Assembly: GCA_030632085.1 (NCBI GenBank)
Contig: DAOVJY010000001.1
Span: 142,289 to 206,288, forward strand
From: Candidatus Omnitrophota bacterium
Lineage (GTDB): Bacteria; Omnitrophota; Gorgyraeia; JAGLLT01
Direction of reading: 5' to 3'
Length of the DNA stretch: 64,000 nt
How positions within the stretch are numbered: position 1 is the stretch's first letter; each line of letters opens with the position of its first letter. Position numbers and translations under genes: made by a program. Below the pieces are notes generated by a model that was not told the origin of the DNA, made no database searches, and worked only from the letters and a program-made list of their open reading frames with translations. Positions 60,911-64,000 of the stretch are shown piece after piece.

Positions 60911-63900
60911 TTACAGAAACTATTACAAATAGACAAAGCAAAGTGCAAAAAGTCATAATAGATATAACGCAACCTATTATAAAAAGATTTTGAGGCCTAT
61001 ATTTAATGGTTAATTCTTGATTTTTTATTTCATCAACATACCAGCCGCTTGCGTAACCATTAGCAATAAAATGATTATTTAATTCAGCGCCAGAATTATC
61101 AATAAGATCCCACTGAGGATGGTAAGATTCATTAAAGACTAGAAAATATGAACCGGGCTTATCAATACATACCTTGTATTCTGTAGGATTAATTTTTTCA
61201 TAACTTACTTCTGAAACACGGAAATTATCTTTTTTATTATTAACCGGGTGAATACCTATTATATAATTTTCACCGGAATTTACCTGCTCCATTTTAACTG
61301 CCTGTATGCCGCTTTTTAAATTAGTATTCGCAAAATATACAATAGTGCTATCTTTTCTATATCTTTCTAATTTTATAGCCTCACCATTAATAAAGATTAT
61401 GTACTGCTCAGGAAGAGTATCATATGTTTCAAGGGGATAAGGATATAAACTTATACAATATTTACTTTCTAATGGTAAATTTATTTGCTTATTAAAAGTA
61501 AATTTTCCAAGGGCAGCGTCGTCTCTTATGCCAAAGCTAACTAATTTGCCTTTATAATTATCGGCTTCGGCCATATTAGCAAAAGAAAGGATATTCTCTC
61601 CCGGATTAAGTAAAATATTTTCTAGCACAATTTGTTTATTTTCTTCATTTGGCACAGGGAAAAAATTAATATACTCACCATTAAGATAGACATAAAGATT
61701 TCTATCTCTGCCAAAAGAATGAGCACTAAAAGCCAAATTGACATTCTGTGATGAAGTCGAGGCATTATTAAGAACAATATGCTCACCGTTGTTTGCCTTT
61801 AATAAATACCAGGTATCCTGGCCATCAAGTGTAATAGTCTCATCATGAAAGCCTTGATTATATTTAATCGTTATCTTTTCTTGTTCACCTTCCACTTTAT
61901 TTAAAAAATCAACATCCATTTGAGAACTGTCTAAAAATATATAGTAATCCAATGAATTCTTTTGGATATCCGTAAAACCATTATCGCCAGCTTGAAAATC
62001 ATAATTATAATAAACGATTTCATTTATCAAATCTTTTTCTATAAAGCTTCGTAAGAGGCCGTTATTGAGCTGACTTTCAAATAGCAACAAGGGCTGATCT
62101 AATAAACTTGTATTAGTTAGCGCAGCTAATACACCCAAGTCACCTTTTACTAAAGTTGCCCTGTCTTTAGTATAAATATAAGGTAAATCAACATCAGCTT
62201 TATATAAATCCCAATTTCCAAATTTTTTCTCTAAGGTTATTCCCTTTTGCCTGCTGAGCCTCTCTAAAACATATTCAGGAGAATCGATTCCATTGTCCGG
62301 AATTATATAACCAACATCATTTTCCTGTAAAACATAGCCTGCATTAAGAATGTTAAGTAATTTTACGGCCGGAAATCCTTTATTATATAACACGTCATAA
62401 AAAGCGGAGGTCACATCTTTACTTTGACTTCCGGCAAGCTGCGTATAAATATTGAACAAAACCGGCTTAAGAGAAACTTGAGTAATAAAAGGTGTAGGAC
62501 CCGAAAGCCCCCAGCTATAAGCCCAGTATTGATTGTCCGGTAAATCCATAATACGGAAATATTCATCTTTGCTGTTTATATAATCACTAAATTCAGTTAT
62601 ATATCCCGGTATAACGGCATGATTAGGCGGTAAAAATTTTCTTACCTCAGGAGAAACAAAAAATTTGCCGAATACTACCGGATAGGCATAGACCATATTA
62701 AAAATAATAAGGACCGCTATCAAGCCGCGCTTTATTAAAATTGTTTTTTGCCATTTTCTATTTTCAATAAATTCGCATAATGCTTCTACAGCCAGGCCTA
62801 TAAAGAATGCATATCCTAAGCAAGTTAAAAGCGTAAACTTATACCAAGGGCTTCTTATGATCCAGAAAAAAGGTACGTGATTAACACACCACAGATATAT
62901 ACTCCCAAATGGCGCATGAGCACCCATACTGAAAATTAAACCTAAAAGTGTAAGAGGTATAAAGAAAATTTTATATCTATTTTTACGTATAAACAATCCG
63001 CATAAAACTAATAAAGGTAGGCCCCAGCTAAGAATAATAAAAAACACATTTTCTCTAAAAACAATAGCATAAGGACAATAAGGTTCTTTCCATCCCTGGA
63101 ACCAGGTCCATATACCTTGAAGACGCAGCACATTAGATATTGATGAATTAGCGCTTATGCCCTGCAGCCACTGCAAAGCATCATCCTTAGACAAAAATGA
63201 GAACCCACTATCGGAAACACTATAAAACACCTCACCTATCCTGGGTAGAAGCCAGAATGAATTAATTAGGATAACCGGCACAAATATAGAAAACAAGTAT
63301 TTAAAAAAGAACCTTCGATCTTCGGATTTTAAAAATGTTTTCTCTTTCACTGCGTAAATAAAGAAGGATAAAAAGAATATAGGCAAGACAGCAACCAGTA
63401 GCGGTGGATTAGCTCCACTTGCCGAAGCTATTAAAGAAGCCAAACCTATTAGGGTAGCTGCCTTTAAAATACTATACTTCCTTTGCAGGCCTTTAAGGAA
63501 AATCACAACAACAAAAGGCAGTACAGTATACAAAGCAAGGTTAGCTATATTAAAACCTAACCAGATAGGATCCAAATATAGATTAAACATATAAAAACCA
63601 ACCGCTGCCAATGAAGCCAGATATTTATTTTTAGAATTCAACAATTGGCTCATCATGTAAAACATTGAAAAACCGGGCAGCATAAACCAAATTATAAATT
63701 GTATTTTCTGAATAGAAATAAGAGATAGATTTAATAATCTCAAAAAAGCCTGAAGGCCAAAAAAAGTCAGAGCAGTAAACTGAACATTATAATTAACACC
63801 TGTATTGTAAAGATTGTTCCAGCCGTACCAGGTTAAATTGAATTGCTCAAGTGTTAGGGGCAGCCTCATATCATCTGAGGTTATAACCATACCCTCATCA

Positions 63901-63980
63901 AACCATAATAATGGCGTCAGCCCCCATATAAATATTACTATTAAACAAAATAAAAGATATTTTTTTTGTGTTTTGCTCAT
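60885..63980 (-). CDS. Giant polytopic membrane protein, paralog 2
   Basis: 1031 aa with the same architecture. The N-terminal domains of the two paralogs align throughout (FYMFNLYL.P.WLGFNIANL identical). Confidence 0.5.
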   Translation of the reverse strand: MSKTQKKYLLFCLIVIFIWGLTPLLWFDEGMVITSDDMRLPLTLEQFNLTWYGWNNLYNTGVNYNVQFTALTFFGLQAFLRLLNLSLISIQKIQFIIWFMLPGFSMFYMMSQLLNSKNKYLASLAAVGFYMFNLYLDPIWLGFNIANLALYTVLPFVVVIFLKGLQRKYSILKAATLIGLASLIASASGANPPLLVAVLPIFFLSFFIYAVKEKTFLKSEDRRFFFKYLFSIFVPVILINSFWLLPRIGEVFYSVSDSGFSFLSKDDALQWLQGISANSSISNVLRLQGIWTWFQGWKEPYCPYAIVFRENVFFIILSWGLPLLVLCGLFIRKNRYKIFFIPLTLLGLIFSMGAHAPFGSIYLWCVNHVPFFWIIRSPWYKFTLLTCLGYAFFIGLAVEALCEFIENRKWQKTILIKRGLIAVLIIFNMVYAYPVVFGKFFVSPEVRKFLPPNHAVIPGYITEFSDYINSKDEYFRIMDLPDNQYWAYSWGLSGPTPFITQVSLKPVLFNIYTQLAGSQSKDVTSAFYDVLYNKGFPAVKLLNILNAGYVLQENDVGYIIPDNGIDSPEYVLERLSRQKGITLEKKFGNWDLYKADVDLPYIYTKDRATLVKGDLGVLAALTNTSLLDQPLLLFESQLNNGLLRSFIEKDLINEIVYYNYDFQAGDNGFTDIQKNSLDYYIFLDSSQMDVDFLNKVEGEQEKITIKYNQGFHDETITLDGQDTWYLLKANNGEHIVLNNASTSSQNVNLAFSAHSFGRDRNLYVYLNGEYINFFPVPNEENKQIVLENILLNPGENILSFANMAEADNYKGKLVSFGIRDDAALGKFTFNKQINLPLESKYCISLYPYPLETYDTLPEQYIIFINGEAIKLERYRKDSTIVYFANTNLKSGIQAVKMEQVNSGENYIIGIHPVNNKKDNFRVSEVSYEKINPTEYKVCIDKPGSYFLVFNESYHPQWDLIDNSGAELNNHFIANGYASGWYVDEIKNQELTIKYRPQNLFIIGCVISIMTFCTLLCLFVIVSVIERKHEFD

Positions 63981-64000
63981 TTTTTTTCTATTATATAGTT

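Overview
The window is AT-rich (roughly mid-30s % GC) and appears to come from an uncultivated Gram-negative-type bacterium; a PEP-CTERM protein, an oppABCDF operon and a gap-pgk-tpiA-secG operon are present. Most genes are on the minus strand. Three conserved blocks were found. Block 1 (1-7.3 kb) has a DtxR-family regulator, a GH3/PA14 beta-glucosidase, a DEAD-box helicase, a non-specific nuclease and a methyltransferase. Block 2 (15.4-21.1 kb) has truA, asd, an IVS-type four-helix-bundle gene and leuBDC. Block 3 (27.7-64 kb) has oppABCDF, secG-tpiA-pgk-gap, yefM/yoeB, fmt, a TPR protein, priA, a family-4 UDG and a large cell-surface polysaccharide cluster ending in two tandem paralogous ~1,040-aa polytopic membrane proteins. 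Between these blocks (7.3-15.3 kb and 21.1-27.7 kb) lies a cassette-like accessory region of small, unrelated genes: RRM proteins, relE-like and MntA/HepT toxin-antitoxin pairs, a PEP-CTERM protein, a serine protease, methyltransferases and a Dam methyltransferase paired with a ParB/DGQQR-like protein. Almost every gene in this region is followed within 2-70 nt by a conserved 19-23-nt hairpin (two families, at least 15 copies). Several are preceded by a shared near-consensus sigma70 promoter plus about 80-nt leader. Longer repeat units with a covarying hairpin also recur. None of these repeat families occurs in the conserved blocks. Three progressively degraded copies of the last ~12 codons of oppF bracket the Dam/ParB-like module, suggesting serial site-specific integration at the 3' end of oppF. 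No CRISPR, rRNA or tRNA was recognised.
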